The position numbers and the translations under genes were made by a program. A stretch of 64,000 nucleotides of DNA from Terriglobia bacterium (GTDB lineage Bacteria; Acidobacteriota; Terriglobia; Acidiferrales; UBA7541). Below, one piece after another: positions 21,338 to 32,638 of the stretch (positions within the stretch are counted from its first letter, which is position 1; every line of letters starts with the position of its first letter). Under the pieces are notes generated by a model, which was given only the letters and a program-made list of their open reading frames with translations, was not told the DNA's origin and made no database searches. The stretch is taken from NCBI GenBank assembly GCA_963695545.1, contig OY968796.1, positions 2,208,001-2,272,000 on the forward strand. Direction: 5' to 3'.

Positions 21338-21916
21338 ATGTGGGGAAACAACAAGAAGACAGAAGCGCCGTCGCCGGGAGCGAGCCCTGCGCCGCCGTCC
21401 AAGCAATACAGCACTTCAACATCATCGATACCGGCTTCGGCCGTTGGGGAGGGAACTAGCATGAGCAGTGACGCGATACGTCCCATCAGCACCACACCCG
21501 CCGGCGGAGTTGCACGCCTCGGCGCGAGCCTGCACGTGAAGGGCGAAATTACCGGCAACGAAGACCTGCACATCGACGGCAGCGTCGAGGGCTTGGTCCA
21601 ACTCGAAGAGCGCAAGCTGACCATCGGCGCGAGCGCCAAGGTTACCGCGGATGTCGTAGCACGCGAAGTTGTGGTCTACGGCAGCGTCAAGGGCAATCTC
21701 CGCGCGAAAGACCGCATCGAAATCAAAAAGGACGGCTCGGTCGTGGGCGACCTGACCACCGCCCGCATCATGATCGAGGACGGAGCCTACTTCAAAGGCG
21801 CGATCGAAATCGATCGCACCGCCTCCGAAAACGATCGCGATTTCGCCAAGCCGGCCTTCGTGCGCCCAGCGGCACCTGTGAACACGACCACGCACGTCGC
21901 GAAGTCGGCGAGCTGA
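21338..21916 (+). CDS. Bactofilin (polymer-forming cytoskeletal protein)
   Basis: VKGEITGNEDLHIDGSVEG...IEDGAYFKGAI beta-helix. Confidence 0.9.
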   Translation: MWGNNKKTEAPSPGASPAPPSKQYSTSTSSIPASAVGEGTSMSSDAIRPISTTPAGGVARLGASLHVKGEITGNEDLHIDGSVEGLVQLEERKLTIGASAKVTADVVAREVVVYGSVKGNLRAKDRIEIKKDGSVVGDLTTARIMIEDGAYFKGAIEIDRTASENDRDFAKPAFVRPAAPVNTTTHVAKSAS

Positions 21917-22012
21917 TCAAATTGTGAATTGCGTGCGGCCCTCGGCGTTTCGCCAGGGCCGCCGCTCTCAGCGACGCCTGGCTCGCGCAGCGCCGGAACC
22001 TCGCCGACACGC

Positions 22013-23776
22013 ATGCACCATTTCTTCTCCTTTCTCGAAGACGCGCTGCAAAATCACCTCGATTGGGTTTGCTTCTATGTATTTCTCGCGCTGGCGTGTA
22101 TCGCTCCGCGACTCGGAGACAGATTGTTCCGCCCGATCGAGCGGATCGGATCGCGCTTTGCGCTCCGGAAAGGCCTCGCCGTCGTTTCGATTTCACTCGC
22201 GGCGATCCTTTTGCGCGTATCTTTTCTGGGCATCGATTATCTGCCCGTGCCTCTGATTCACGATGAATTCAGTTACGTGCTCGCGGGCGATACCTTTGCG
22301 CACGGCCGCCTGACCAACCCGCCGCATCCGATGTGGATTTTTTTCGAGACGTTTCATGTCCTGCAGCATCCCACCTACGCCTCGAAATATCCTCCGGCGC
22401 AAGGCGCATTTCTCGCGCTCGGGCAACTTTTGGGCAATCAATGGATCGGCGTGCTGCTGAGCGTCGCCCTGATGTGCGGAGCCATTCTGTGGATGCTGCA
22501 GGGCTGGATGCCCGCGCGATGGGCGCTGCTCGGCGGCGTCCTGGTGTTGCTGCGCTTCGCCGTGTTCAACGACTGGGTCGAGGATTATTGGGGCGGCGCG
22601 GTCGCCGCGATTGGAGGCGCGCTGGTGGTCGGCGCGCTGCCGCGAATCATGCGCTCGGCGCGCCCGCGCTACGCGCTATGGATGGGACTTGGCGCCGCGA
22701 TTTTGGCGAACAGCCGCCCGCTCGAGGGCTTCATTCTTTTTGCAAGCGTGGTTGCGGCGCTGGCGCTTTGGTTGTGGAAGCAGCCCGCGCCCGAACGCGG
22801 CAAAATCGCCGCGCGTGTGGTGTTGCCGATGGCGGCAATCCTCCTGGCGTGCGTAGTCTGGATGGGCTACTACAATTGGCGCGTCACCGGTCATCCGTTG
22901 CTGCCCCCGTACATTGCTTACGAGCGCGCTTACAATCCCGAGCCATTTTTCCTGTGGCAATCGGCGCGCCCCAACCCGGCCTATAACAATCCTCAGTTCG
23001 ACAACTATTACAACGTTTGGGCGCCGACGCAGGTCGCGCACGATTGGAATGACGTCCTGAACGGAACCGGCGACAGGATCGCGGAATTTTTCAATTTTTT
23101 TCTGGGCAAGGAACTCGCGGTGTGTCTGCTGGGGCTGCCTTGGTTGCTGCTGCGCGATCGGCGCATGCGTTTCCTCGCGGCGCAATTTGCGGTCTGCGCG
23201 GTAGGACTCCTGGTGGTCGTCTGGTTTTGGCCGCACTACGCCGCGCCGGTTATGGCCACTACCTTCGCACTGGTGGTGCAGGGATTGCGTCACGTTCGCA
23301 AATTCCGAGTTCGCGGCTGGGCCGTGGGAATTGGCCTTTCTCGCGCGATCGTTTTCATGTCCATCGGCTGGATCGTGTCGCAGGCCATGGGCCTGGGATC
23401 CGTGCCCTTTGAAGTGATCGCGGAAACCGCCTCGATGTACCAACGCGATTATTTTGAGTCCAAGCTTGAATCGGTGCCGGGAAAGCAATTGGTGATCGTG
23501 CGTTACGCGCCGAATCACAATCCCAATCAGGAGTGGGTCTACAATCGCGCGGACATCGATGACGCGAACGTCGTCTGGGCGCGCGAGATTCCCGGCGTGA
23601 ACGTTCAACCTTTGCTCGACTACTTCCACGGACGCCGCGTGTGGCTTGCGCTGCCGGATACCGTGCCGCCGCAAATGACTCGCTACGTGCCGCTCGCCGC
23701 GCCCGCACCCACCGCGCCGCCGCCGGCGCAAACGAGCGCGCCCGGCGCGGCCGTTCCGAACACGCCCGCGCGTTGA
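22013..23776 (+). CDS. Multi-pass membrane protein, GT-C-like
   Basis: HDEFSYVLAGDTF, YASKYPP, many TM helices, C-terminal EWVYNRADID. Confidence 0.7.
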   Translation: MHHFFSFLEDALQNHLDWVCFYVFLALACIAPRLGDRLFRPIERIGSRFALRKGLAVVSISLAAILLRVSFLGIDYLPVPLIHDEFSYVLAGDTFAHGRLTNPPHPMWIFFETFHVLQHPTYASKYPPAQGAFLALGQLLGNQWIGVLLSVALMCGAILWMLQGWMPARWALLGGVLVLLRFAVFNDWVEDYWGGAVAAIGGALVVGALPRIMRSARPRYALWMGLGAAILANSRPLEGFILFASVVAALALWLWKQPAPERGKIAARVVLPMAAILLACVVWMGYYNWRVTGHPLLPPYIAYERAYNPEPFFLWQSARPNPAYNNPQFDNYYNVWAPTQVAHDWNDVLNGTGDRIAEFFNFFLGKELAVCLLGLPWLLLRDRRMRFLAAQFAVCAVGLLVVVWFWPHYAAPVMATTFALVVQGLRHVRKFRVRGWAVGIGLSRAIVFMSIGWIVSQAMGLGSVPFEVIAETASMYQRDYFESKLESVPGKQLVIVRYAPNHNPNQEWVYNRADIDDANVVWAREIPGVNVQPLLDYFHGRRVWLALPDTVPPQMTRYVPLAAPAPTAPPPAQTSAPGAAVPNTPAR

Positions 23777-23801
23777 CAAACTCCGCATCCTCCTTTATCG
23801 T
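23773..23801 (+). promoter_or_regulatory. sigma70 promoter of rplM operon
   Basis: TTGACA-N17-TATCGT. Confidence 0.6.
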
Positions 23802-23840
23802 TAGTTGTTTGTCCTTACAGGGAAGGGTGTCACCGAGAGT

Positions 23841-24290
23841 ATGTCGACCTATGTTCCGAAGGGCCGCGAGGCCGAACAAATCACCGCGGGTAACTCCTGG
23901 TTCGTTGTGGATGCGTCCGGCCGCCCGCTTGGGCGCCTTGCCGCGCAAGTCGCGCGCATGCTGATTGGCAAAGATAAACCGACTTTTACGCCCTATATGG
24001 ATTGCGGCGATCACGTCGTGGTAATCAACGCCAACAAAATCGTGCTGACCGGGAACAAGCTCGAGCAGAAAGTTTATCGCCATCACAGCGGCTATCCCGG
24101 CGGACTAAAAGAAGTTCCGGCCAAGCGTTTGCGGCAAGACCGCGCCGATTGGATGGTGCGCGAGGCCGTCCTTGGCATGCTGCCGAAAAATAAGCTCCGC
24201 GCGCGCCGCGCCCGAAAGCTCCGCGTCTACTTGGACGAAAAAGGGCTTGCCCGCCACACAGGGCAGAGCCCGCAGCCGTTGGCGTTCTAA
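23841..24290 (+). CDS. rplM: 50S ribosomal protein L13
   Basis: WFVVDA..LGRLA, GKDKPTFTP, HHSGYPGGLK, GMLPKN. Confidence 0.97.
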   Translation: MSTYVPKGREAEQITAGNSWFVVDASGRPLGRLAAQVARMLIGKDKPTFTPYMDCGDHVVVINANKIVLTGNKLEQKVYRHHSGYPGGLKEVPAKRLRQDRADWMVREAVLGMLPKNKLRARRARKLRVYLDEKGLARHTGQSPQPLAF

Positions 24291-24419
24291 TCGCACCTAC
24301 TGCGTGAGCAAGTATCTGCGAACGCATTCGCGTCGGCGCGAATACCCGGCGAGCCTTCTCCAAGCGGCCGCGCACGAGATTCACGAGCACCAAAGACTTA
24401 GCGACACTGAGGGGGAACG

Positions 24420-24860
24420 TTGAGCGAGACTGCACAACCAATCGAAGCGAGCCGCCCCGATCGGCCGAACGCCAAGACTCAGTTCTACGGCACGGGTCGC
24501 CGCAAGGAATCCGTGGCCCGCGTATACATTCGGCTCGGCTCCGGCAAATTCACGGTGAATGGCCGCACGCCCGAAGAATATTTCCGCAACGTGGCCTGGC
24601 GCACCCGTGCGACCGACCCGTTGAAATTCACCGAAACGCTGAACCAGTTTGACGTGAAAGCTTCCGTGCTCGGCGGCGGCGTTGGCGGACAAGCCGATGC
24701 GCTGCGCATGGGGTTGTCGCGCGCGCTCGCCGTGTTCAATCCGGAATTGCGGCCGGGCTTGCGCAAGAATGGTTTCCTCACGCGCGATTCGCGCATGCGG
24801 GAACGCAAGAAGTACGGCCAAAAGGGCGCGCGCAAGCGCTTCCAGTTCAGCAAGCGTTAG
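24420..24860 (+). CDS. rpsI: 30S ribosomal protein S9
   Basis: [12 protein letters not shown]...[20 protein letters not shown]. Confidence 0.97.
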   Translation: MSETAQPIEASRPDRPNAKTQFYGTGRRKESVARVYIRLGSGKFTVNGRTPEEYFRNVAWRTRATDPLKFTETLNQFDVKASVLGGGVGGQADALRMGLSRALAVFNPELRPGLRKNGFLTRDSRMRERKKYGQKGARKRFQFSKR

Positions 24861-24994
24861 TTTTTCGATGTGGCAGTCTCCGGTCCGCCTGGTGGGGCCG
24901 AATTCACGGCCGGCAAGGAGCCGGCAAGAGGGTGTTCGGCGGACGGCGACGTCTTCCGTCAGCTGTAAAACACTCAATCTACTAAGGAGGAAAT

Positions 24995-25964
24995 TTGGCA
25001 GTCGAAATTACCATGAAGGAGTTGCTGGAGGCCGGTGTGCATTTCGGCCACCAGACCCGCCGCTGGAATCCCGAAGATGAAGGAATACATCTTCGGTGAG
25101 CGCAACGGGATTCACATCATCGATCTGCAAAAAACTCTCAAAATGTTTCGCGACGCCAGCCGCTTCGTCAGCGAGTTGGCCGGACAGGGGAAGGTCGTGC
25201 TGTTCGTGGGCACCAAGCGCCAGGCGCAAGGCGCCGTCGCCGAGGAAGCGCGCCGCTGCGGGATGTTTTTTGTGAACCACCGCTGGCTCGGCGGCACGCT
25301 CACCAACTGGGCCACGCTGCAGAAATCCATCAAGCGCCTGAAAACGCTCAAGGCCATGATCGAAGATGGCCGGATGGCGCAGCTCTCGAAAAAAGAAGCC
25401 GCGCGCCTCGAGCGCGAATTGAAGCACTTGAATCAGAATCTCGAAGGCGTCGAGAACATGACCGCGCTGCCCGATTGCATGTTCGTCGTCGATTCGCATG
25501 CCGAGGCTATCGCCGTGCGCGAAGCGCGCCGCATGGGTGTCCCGGTCGTCGGCATTGTGGATACCAATTGCGATCCCGAGCAAGTGAACTGGGTGATTCC
25601 CGGCAACGACGACGCCCTGCGCGCCATCCGCTTGTTCACCTCGAAGATTTCCGACGCGGTGATCGAAGGGCGCCAGGCATACGAGCAAACGCAGATCGCC
25701 GAGGAAAAAGTTGGCGAACGCGGTCCGGGTGAAGATGCCGTCGATTACGTCGACACCAGCGCCTACGAATCCTACGAGAAGCAGGAAGGCGATTTCGTCG
25801 AGCCCGGGCAGGAGGGCGCTGAGGGCGCGACCGACGCCGTCGCCCCCGACGAGCCGCCGGTCGAGCCGCCCGCGCCCAATGGCGCGGCTGCCGCACCGCC
25901 CGCCGCAGCGGAGGCCGCAACCGCCGTCGCGGCGCCTGAAAAAACTCCGGAACTGACGAGTTAG
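24995..25964 (+). CDS. rpsB: 30S ribosomal protein S2 (apparent +1 frameshift at 25070-25072)
   Basis: AAGGAGG then [29 protein letters not shown], an extra C, then [18 protein letters not shown]. Confidence 0.95.
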
Positions 25965-25972
25965 GCCCCGAC

Positions 25973-26617
25973 ATGACAACAAAACCCGACGCAGCTCCCA
26001 GTCAAGTGAACGTACCGGCGCAACTCGTGAAGGATCTCCGCGAGCGCACCGGCGCCGGTTTCGCCGATTGCCGCTCCGCGCTCGCCGAAACTTCAGGCGA
26101 CATCGAAGCCGCCATCAACGTCCTGCGCAAGAAGGGCCAGGCGGCCGCCGCCAAGAAATCGCAGCGCGACGCAACCGAAGGCTTGATCGGCCATTACATT
26201 CACGCCGGCGGCAAAATCGGCGTGATCGTCGAAGTGAATTGCGAATCCGATTTCGTCGCGCGCACCGAGGAATTTCAGAAGCTCTGCCACGACGTGGCCA
26301 TGCACATTGCCGCGCTCGATCCGCGCTTTGTGCGCCGCGAGGAAGTCACGCCCGAAATTCTCGAGCGTGAAAACGAAATTTGCCGCGAGCAGGCCAAGGC
26401 CACCGGCAAGCCCGAAAAAATTATCGACAGCATCGTCAAAGGCAAGATGGAGAAGTTTTACGAAGAGAACTGCCTTTACGAGCAGCACTTCATCAAGGAT
26501 GAATCCGTCACCATCGGAGAGATGGTGAATCAGATGATCGCCAAGCTTGGCGAGAAAATTTCCATCCGCCGCTTCGTTCGCCTCAAAGTCGGCGAAAGCG
26601 CCGCGCCGCAAAAATGA
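25973..26617 (+). CDS. tsf: Elongation factor Ts (short form)
   Basis: VKDLRERTGAG, EVNCESDFVA. Confidence 0.96.
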   Translation: MTTKPDAAPSQVNVPAQLVKDLRERTGAGFADCRSALAETSGDIEAAINVLRKKGQAAAAKKSQRDATEGLIGHYIHAGGKIGVIVEVNCESDFVARTEEFQKLCHDVAMHIAALDPRFVRREEVTPEILERENEICREQAKATGKPEKIIDSIVKGKMEKFYEENCLYEQHFIKDESVTIGEMVNQMIAKLGEKISIRRFVRLKVGESAAPQK

Positions 26618-26734
26618 CACGCGCGCTGCTGGGCGCTCTTCGGGCGCCGCGAGCGCGAACGCTGCGGTACGCGCCGCGTGAAGATGTTCACGCGGCGCGA
26701 TTCTCTGCTAAGATGCCCGCCGGGCAGCGCCCGC

Positions 26735-27490
26735 ATGGCCAAGACTGATCCCGCATCCTCGCGCGTCGAATATCCCGAACCCAAATATCACCGGGTCGTC
26801 CTGAAGCTTTCCGGCGAATCCCTGCAAGGTCCACAGGGTTTTGGCATTCATCCTGAAACCGTGGCGGGCATCGCGCGCGAGCTGAAAGAGGTCAACGACC
26901 TCGGCGTGCACATCGCCATCGTGGTGGGCGGCGGAAATATTTTTCGCGGCACGCGGCAGAAAACTCTTTCGATTGAGCGCGCTACCGCGGACACCATGGG
27001 CATGCTCGCCACGGTGATCAACGGTCTCGCGCTCCAGGACGCTCTCGAAAAATGCGGCGTGGTCACGCGCCTGCAAAGCGCAATCGAGATGCATCACGTG
27101 GCCGAGCCATTCATTCGCCGCCGCGCCATGCGCCACCTTGAAAAAGGACGCGTGGTGATCTTCGCCGCCGGCACCGGCAATCCTTATTTTTCCACGGACA
27201 CTGCCGCGGCCCTGCGTGCCATGGAAATCAAAGCGCAAGTGATCTTGAAAGCCACGCGCGTAGACGGCATCTACGACGCCGATCCAGAAAAAACGCCCGG
27301 CGCGAAATTTTTCGAGCGCATCACGTATCTCGACGTGATTCAGCGCGGCTTGGCCGTGATGGACACCACCGCCATCTCGCTCTGCATGGACAACAAAATG
27401 CCCATCATCGTTTTCAATATGAACGTGCCCGGCAACATCAAGCGCGTGCTGATGGGCGAACAAGTCGGCTCGCTTGTCGTTGCCACCTAG
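26735..27490 (+). CDS. pyrH: UMP kinase
   Basis: [29 protein letters not shown]. Confidence 0.97.
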   Translation: MAKTDPASSRVEYPEPKYHRVVLKLSGESLQGPQGFGIHPETVAGIARELKEVNDLGVHIAIVVGGGNIFRGTRQKTLSIERATADTMGMLATVINGLALQDALEKCGVVTRLQSAIEMHHVAEPFIRRRAMRHLEKGRVVIFAAGTGNPYFSTDTAAALRAMEIKAQVILKATRVDGIYDADPEKTPGAKFFERITYLDVIQRGLAVMDTTAISLCMDNKMPIIVFNMNVPGNIKRVLMGEQVGSLVVAT

Positions 27491-27513
27491 CGAGTGGTGT
27501 GAGTTTTGGTTTT

Positions 27514-27548
27514 GTAGGGGCGGAGGTCGTCGCGGCGACTCTCCGCCC
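27514..27548 (+). repeat. GTAG-type REP-like hairpin
   Basis: GTAG-GGGCGGAG-GTCGTCGCGGCGACT-CTCCGCCC. Confidence 0.55.
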
Positions 27549-27608
27549 GCTTCTCTTGCAGCCACGAATTTAGAGACTTCATAATCTCTCTGAACGGAGG
27601 CGGTTCAG

Positions 27609-28181
27609 ATGACCATCGCCAACACCAAAGACGCCGCGGCACAAGCCAAAGCGCGCATGGAAAAAGCCGTCGAAGATTTCCGCAAGGAGCTCGGCACCGT
27701 GCGCACCGGCCGCGCCCACGTTTCGCTGCTCGAACACGTTCGCGTCGATTATCACGGCACGCCCATGCCCATCAATCAGCTCGGCACCATGGCCGTCCCC
27801 GAGCCCTCCATGATCCTGATTTCTCCGTGGGATCCGTCCGCCGTCGCCCTGATCGACAAGGCCATTCGCACTTCCGATCTTGGCCTTAATCCCTCGAGCG
27901 ACGGCAAAAGCGTGCGCGTCCCGATTCCTCCGCTCACCGAAGAGCGCCGCAAAGATCTCGTCAAGCATCTCCACAAAGTTCTCGAAAATCACCGCACCGC
28001 CGTCCGCAATATCCGCCGCGACATCAAAGAAGCCATCGAAAAGCTCGAAAAAGAAAAAACCATCAGCGAAGACGAACGCAAGCGCACCGTCGACGAGCTG
28101 GAAAAACTAACTCAGCAAGAAATCAAAAAAATCGAAGACCTCTCCGCCGCCAAGGAAAAAGAAGTCCTCGAAGTCAAATAA
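27609..28181 (+). CDS. frr: Ribosome recycling factor
   Basis: VRTGRA, PPLTEERRKDLVK, VRNIRRD. Confidence 0.97.
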   Translation: MTIANTKDAAAQAKARMEKAVEDFRKELGTVRTGRAHVSLLEHVRVDYHGTPMPINQLGTMAVPEPSMILISPWDPSAVALIDKAIRTSDLGLNPSSDGKSVRVPIPPLTEERRKDLVKHLHKVLENHRTAVRNIRRDIKEAIEKLEKEKTISEDERKRTVDELEKLTQQEIKKIEDLSAAKEKEVLEVK

Positions 28182-28290
28182 CAGCGCCGTTGACTCGTGC
28201 CCGGGCGCTTTCGCCTTCGGCCCGGACAGCCCATCACTTTGCCGTGCGGAGCTTTCGGGGTAAATTTTCATGTGAGGAGCTCACCTGACC

Positions 28291-29262
28291 ATGAACTATC
28301 GACGCTTTGGCCGCACCGGATGGAACGTCAGCGAAATTGGTTACGGCATGTGGGGCATGGCCGGGTGGAGCGGCTCGCAGGACGAAGAATCGCTCGCCTC
28401 GCTCAATCGAGCCGTCGAGCTCGGCGTCAATTTCTTCGATACCGCGTGGGCTTACGGCAGCGGACATAGCGAAAAACTCCTGGGGCAAATTCTGCGCGCG
28501 CATCGCGACAAAAGACTTTATGCCGCGACGAAAATCCCGCCGAAGAATCGCAAATGGCCGAGCCTCCGATCTTTCACTCTCGACGATTGCTTTCCGCCCG
28601 AGTACATCGCCGAGTTCGTGGATACCAGTCTCGGAAATATCGGCGTCGAGACGCTCGATCTGATCCAGTTTCATACTTGGGAGGACGGCTGGCTCGCCGA
28701 TGAACGCCTGCCGCGCGCGATCGAAAATCTCCGCGCGAGCGGCAAGGTTCGCGCGGTCGGCATCAGCATCAATCGTTGGGAGCCGGCAAACGGCGTGCGC
28801 GCCGTGCGCTACGGCCTGATCGATTCGGTGCAGGTGATCTACAACATTTTCGACCAAAATCCCGAGGACGAGTTGTTTCCCGCCTGCCGCGAAAAAGACG
28901 TCGCCGTGATCGCGCGCGTGCCGTTCGATGAAGGCACGCTCACTGGCTCGGTCACTCTCGAGAGCAAATGGCCGAAAGAAGATTGGCGCAGCACGTATTT
29001 CGTTCCCGAGAATCTGAAGGCCAGCGTGGAGCACGCCGATGCGCTGAAACCCTTGCTGAAGGACGGCATGACGCTTCCCGAGATGGCGCTCCGCTTCATC
29101 CTGAACAATCCGGACGTCGCCACAATCATCCCCGGAATGCGCAAACTGCGAAACGTGGAATCGAACGTCGCCGCCGACGCGAAGGGTCCACTGCCCGCCG
29201 CGCTCCTCGCAGAACTACGGAAACATCGCTGGGTGCGCACCACGACCTCATGGTCGCAATAG
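28291..29262 (+). CDS. Aldo/keto reductase
   Basis: VSEIGYGMW, FFDTAWAYG, QVIYNIFDQ, IIPGMR. Confidence 0.92.
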   Translation: MNYRRFGRTGWNVSEIGYGMWGMAGWSGSQDEESLASLNRAVELGVNFFDTAWAYGSGHSEKLLGQILRAHRDKRLYAATKIPPKNRKWPSLRSFTLDDCFPPEYIAEFVDTSLGNIGVETLDLIQFHTWEDGWLADERLPRAIENLRASGKVRAVGISINRWEPANGVRAVRYGLIDSVQVIYNIFDQNPEDELFPACREKDVAVIARVPFDEGTLTGSVTLESKWPKEDWRSTYFVPENLKASVEHADALKPLLKDGMTLPEMALRFILNNPDVATIIPGMRKLRNVESNVAADAKGPLPAALLAELRKHRWVRTTTSWSQ

Positions 29263-29285
29263 CGGTAGGAAGAACTCGTTCAGAT

Positions 29286-32276
29286 TTATTTGTCGTTCGG
29301 TGACGGAGCTGGTGACGACGAGGGAGACGGCGGCAAGGTCGATTGTGGCGTCACCGCGGGCGGCACAACGTCTTCCACTTGTGCCAGCGCCCGCGCGGTC
29401 GATTGCTGATATTTTTGGATTCGATCGAAAGCGGCGTCTGACTTCGCATCCGCGCCCACAACTTCCAGCACGCGCTTCTGCCCCGCTTCGTCCATCGGCT
29501 GGGCCAGTTCGTTGACGGCGGCGATGGCTTGCGGCAGCACTTCGCGCAAGTGCGTAAGCTCCGCGCCCGCGGTTTGCGGCCGATAGCTTAGCCGATCGCC
29601 GGTTTGCATCACGTCCACCACTTCGTCGGGCGACCAACCGAGCGGCCAAAGCTGATTCAGGCTGTCGTACGTTTCGTGGAATCGCGTGATGAGCCCGGCG
29701 AAGCCATCGAGCTCCGCCGAGCGCGCCACAAGCGCGTCGGAGCGATGCACGCGGACGACGACGCGCGTCGTCACCGGCACACTGGCCACGCTGATCACCG
29801 TCGTCAGCGTGTTGCCCTCGAAGCGCCAGCCCGGCGCGCCGCTCTTGGGAGCGTAGCGCACGGCCACGCCGGTCACCTGCACGGAGTCCGGCGGCCAATC
29901 GCCGGGCAAGCGCACTTCGTATCCGCGCGTGCGGGGCATACCAGGGTAGGTGCCGCGCACTGGCGCGATTTCGATCGTCACGTCGTCGCCTTTGCGCGAT
30001 GCGCGCAGATCGGTCCACGCAGCTTCGCCGCGCTCGTAAGCGCGCGTGTTGCTTGCGTCTTCGTAAAGCGCGTAGGAGCTGGCTTGTCCATCAGCCAGCG
30101 GAAACACGTTCACAATCAGCGGATCGACGGGCTTTTCACCCGTGTAGCGCATCTCGGGTTCCATGGGCACGATGGCCCCGGCGCGCACGTAAACCGGAAT
30201 CTGGCGGATCGAGAATTTGCGATGAATTGTCGCCGGCCCCGTGAAATGTTTTCCGGTCGGCCACTCGATCCAGTCGCCGGGCGGCAGCCAGATTTTTTCG
30301 GAGGCGAGTTGCGTCAGTTCGTCCACCGGCTTCGCGACGGGCGCGGCGATCATGTTCTCGCCGAAAACGTATTCGTTCTTCGACGTGTAGGCTTCGTCGG
30401 ATTCCGGCCAGTCGTAGTAAAGCGGCCGCAGAAAAGCCACGCCGGTGTCGTAAGTGCGGCGCGCTTCGGTGTAGATGTACGGCTGCAATGCATAACGCAG
30501 ATGATAGGTGTCGCGCAGAATGTCGGAGTAGGGCTCGGGATACGCCCAGATGCGCCGCTCGGAATCCGGATTTTTCGTGGTGTGCGTGCGCAGGATCGGA
30601 CTGAACGCGCCGAATTGCACCCAGCGCGTGAAAAGTTCCGCATCGACCGCGCCCGGCATGTGCCCGCCGATATCGTGGCTCCAGTAGGCGTAACCCACGT
30701 TCGCGGCGGTGGCCGTGAACCACGGCTGAAAGGCGAGCGAATCCCAGACGGAAATTGTATCGCCAGAAAATCCGATTTCGTATCGGTGGTTGCCGAGGCC
30801 GCCCCAGCGATGAAATAGCAGCGGCCTTTTTCCTTCGCGCGCCTGATCCGTGAAATGGACGTAGTTGAGCCACCAGGTCGGATTGACGCCGGCTTCTTTG
30901 GTGTTCGCTTCCTGTTGCCAATCGAGCCACCAGAAATCGATACCTTGCCGCTCGAGCGGGTGGTGGATCAAGTCCATATAGTTCGTGGCGAATTTTTTGT
31001 CCGTGATGTCGAAGGGAACATATTGCTTCGTCGCGGGATCGATTCCCATGGCGCGCGCCATTTCCGGATAGTGATCCTCCCACGGTTGAATGCCGGAGGC
31101 CGGGTGCACGTTGAGCGTCACTTTCAATCCCCCGGAATGAAGGTTGGCGAGGAAATCGCTGGGATCGGGGAAGAGGAAATGGTTCCAACTGTAGCCGCTC
31201 CATCCGAGCGTGTGACCGGAAGCGTCCAGATTGTTTTCCCACCACTTCGCGCCGAACGTGGGGTGCCAGTCCATGTCGATCACCAGCACGTCGAGCGGCA
31301 CGTCGTTTTCGCGGAAATCTTTTACGAGATCGTCGAGCTCCTGATCGCTGTAGGCCCAGTAGCGCGACCACCACACGCCGAAGGCGAATCGCGGCGGCAG
31401 GGGAATGCGCCCGGCGACGCGAACGAAATCACCCAGCGCCGATTTGTAATCGTGGCCGTAGCCGAAGAAATACAAGTCCTGCCGATCGCCGGCGGGCCGC
31501 TCGATCACCCACGGCCAGGGGCTGGCTTCGCCCTTGGTGAACGAGAAATCGTCCGAATCGAAAAGCGGGCGCGTGGAGTCGTCCACCACGGTCCATCCGT
31601 CGCGCGATACAAGTCCCGGTCCGATCGGCTCTTTGGTTTGATCGCCCTTCGCGCCGTCGAGAGTGCGGGTGGTGCCCAGCAAATTTCCGGTGTCGGGCAT
31701 GCCCGGATGCCAGACGACATCCTGTCCGTTGAGCGTGAACTCGATTGCGAGATTGTCCGCAGTGAATTTGCCGTCGTCCGGCGAGACTGGCGTGTAGGTC
31801 AGCTTCAGGGATTCAGTGTCGATCGTCAATTTCTGTTCCGCGCCGGCGCTTTCGATTTGCTGCGTGAATTTCGGCGCAGGCAACTTGCGATTCAGGAATA
31901 CGAACGAAGCGTGATCCTCAAATTTTCCGTCGGCAGACCACTCCATGCGGATCAACCGCGGCGTCAGCACCGTGAAGCGCGCGTTGCCGAGGGTTACGAC
32001 CGCGCGAGGATTGGCAACCGGATCGTAAAGTCCCGGCGGCGCGAGATGCTGGCTCGCTGCGGTCGACCCCGCGGCTGGTTTTGTGGCCGCGGCGCCAGCC
32101 ACGCTGGCGGGAGCGGTAGCGCCTTGCGCGGTCGCGCGAGTAGCGCACGTTAAGAGGAAGGCTGCGGCCAGGCCGAGCAATGGTGCGAGGCGTGAGGCCG
32201 CTGAATGGCGCGCGGCGCGGATATCGCTAGACATTCTGGATCGTGGAACTTCGGCGATGTTTTGCGCCTCTTGCAT
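29286..32276 (-). CDS. Glycoside hydrolase family 31, secreted (start uncertain)
   Basis: WWSRYWAY, VIDMDWH, FWWLDWQQ, FSGDT, WSHDIGGH, FSPILRTH. Confidence 0.9.
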   Translation of the reverse strand: MQEAQNIAEVPRSRMSSDIRAARHSAASRLAPLLGLAAAFLLTCATRATAQGATAPASVAGAAATKPAAGSTAASQHLAPPGLYDPVANPRAVVTLGNARFTVLTPRLIRMEWSADGKFEDHASFVFLNRKLPAPKFTQQIESAGAEQKLTIDTESLKLTYTPVSPDDGKFTADNLAIEFTLNGQDVVWHPGMPDTGNLLGTTRTLDGAKGDQTKEPIGPGLVSRDGWTVVDDSTRPLFDSDDFSFTKGEASPWPWVIERPAGDRQDLYFFGYGHDYKSALGDFVRVAGRIPLPPRFAFGVWWSRYWAYSDQELDDLVKDFRENDVPLDVLVIDMDWHPTFGAKWWENNLDASGHTLGWSGYSWNHFLFPDPSDFLANLHSGGLKVTLNVHPASGIQPWEDHYPEMARAMGIDPATKQYVPFDITDKKFATNYMDLIHHPLERQGIDFWWLDWQQEANTKEAGVNPTWWLNYVHFTDQAREGKRPLLFHRWGGLGNHRYEIGFSGDTISVWDSLAFQPWFTATAANVGYAYWSHDIGGHMPGAVDAELFTRWVQFGAFSPILRTHTTKNPDSERRIWAYPEPYSDILRDTYHLRYALQPYIYTEARRTYDTGVAFLRPLYYDWPESDEAYTSKNEYVFGENMIAAPVAKPVDELTQLASEKIWLPPGDWIEWPTGKHFTGPATIHRKFSIRQIPVYVRAGAIVPMEPEMRYTGEKPVDPLIVNVFPLADGQASSYALYEDASNTRAYERGEAAWTDLRASRKGDDVTIEIAPVRGTYPGMPRTRGYEVRLPGDWPPDSVQVTGVAVRYAPKSGAPGWRFEGNTLTTVISVASVPVTTRVVVRVHRSDALVARSAELDGFAGLITRFHETYDSLNQLWPLGWSPDEVVDVMQTGDRLSYRPQTAGAELTHLREVLPQAIAAVNELAQPMDEAGQKRVLEVVGADAKSDAAFDRIQKYQQSTARALAQVEDVVPPAVTPQSTLPPSPSSSPAPSPNDK

Positions 32277-32582
32277 AATCGCGTTCACCAGCCTCGGGCG
32301 ATTCGGATCGGATGAGCCAACCAACAGCGCGTGCCTCGCCCCGCAACTTCGCACGCACGCCACGCCCCGGCGCATGATAACGCTAACGCGCGGCCGCCGA
32401 TAGGAGCGCGCCGCCGGTCCTGGTGATCTCTAAGGGTTTTTCCCGTGGCGAATAGGGGTGCTCGTGTATTGATCTGCGGCGCCTTTTGCGTATGATCGCG
32501 ACTGCCAGTGTCAGATAATGGTTTCGAGTTGCAGCGACGAAGCGCAGGATACTCAAGGCTGAACCGCTTGATTAAAAAGACG

Positions 32583-32611
32583 TTGACAAGGTTCGGGTGG
32601 TCGCTTAAGTT
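32583..32611 (+). promoter_or_regulatory. sigma70 promoter, paralog 1
   Basis: TTGACA-N17-TAAGTT. Confidence 0.6.
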
Positions 32612-32638
32612 GAAGTTACGTGTAGGTGGAGGCCCATC

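Noticed and set aside
24861..24994. rpsB leader regulatory RNA
   Set aside because: Plausible by position, but no structure or motif could be supported by eye
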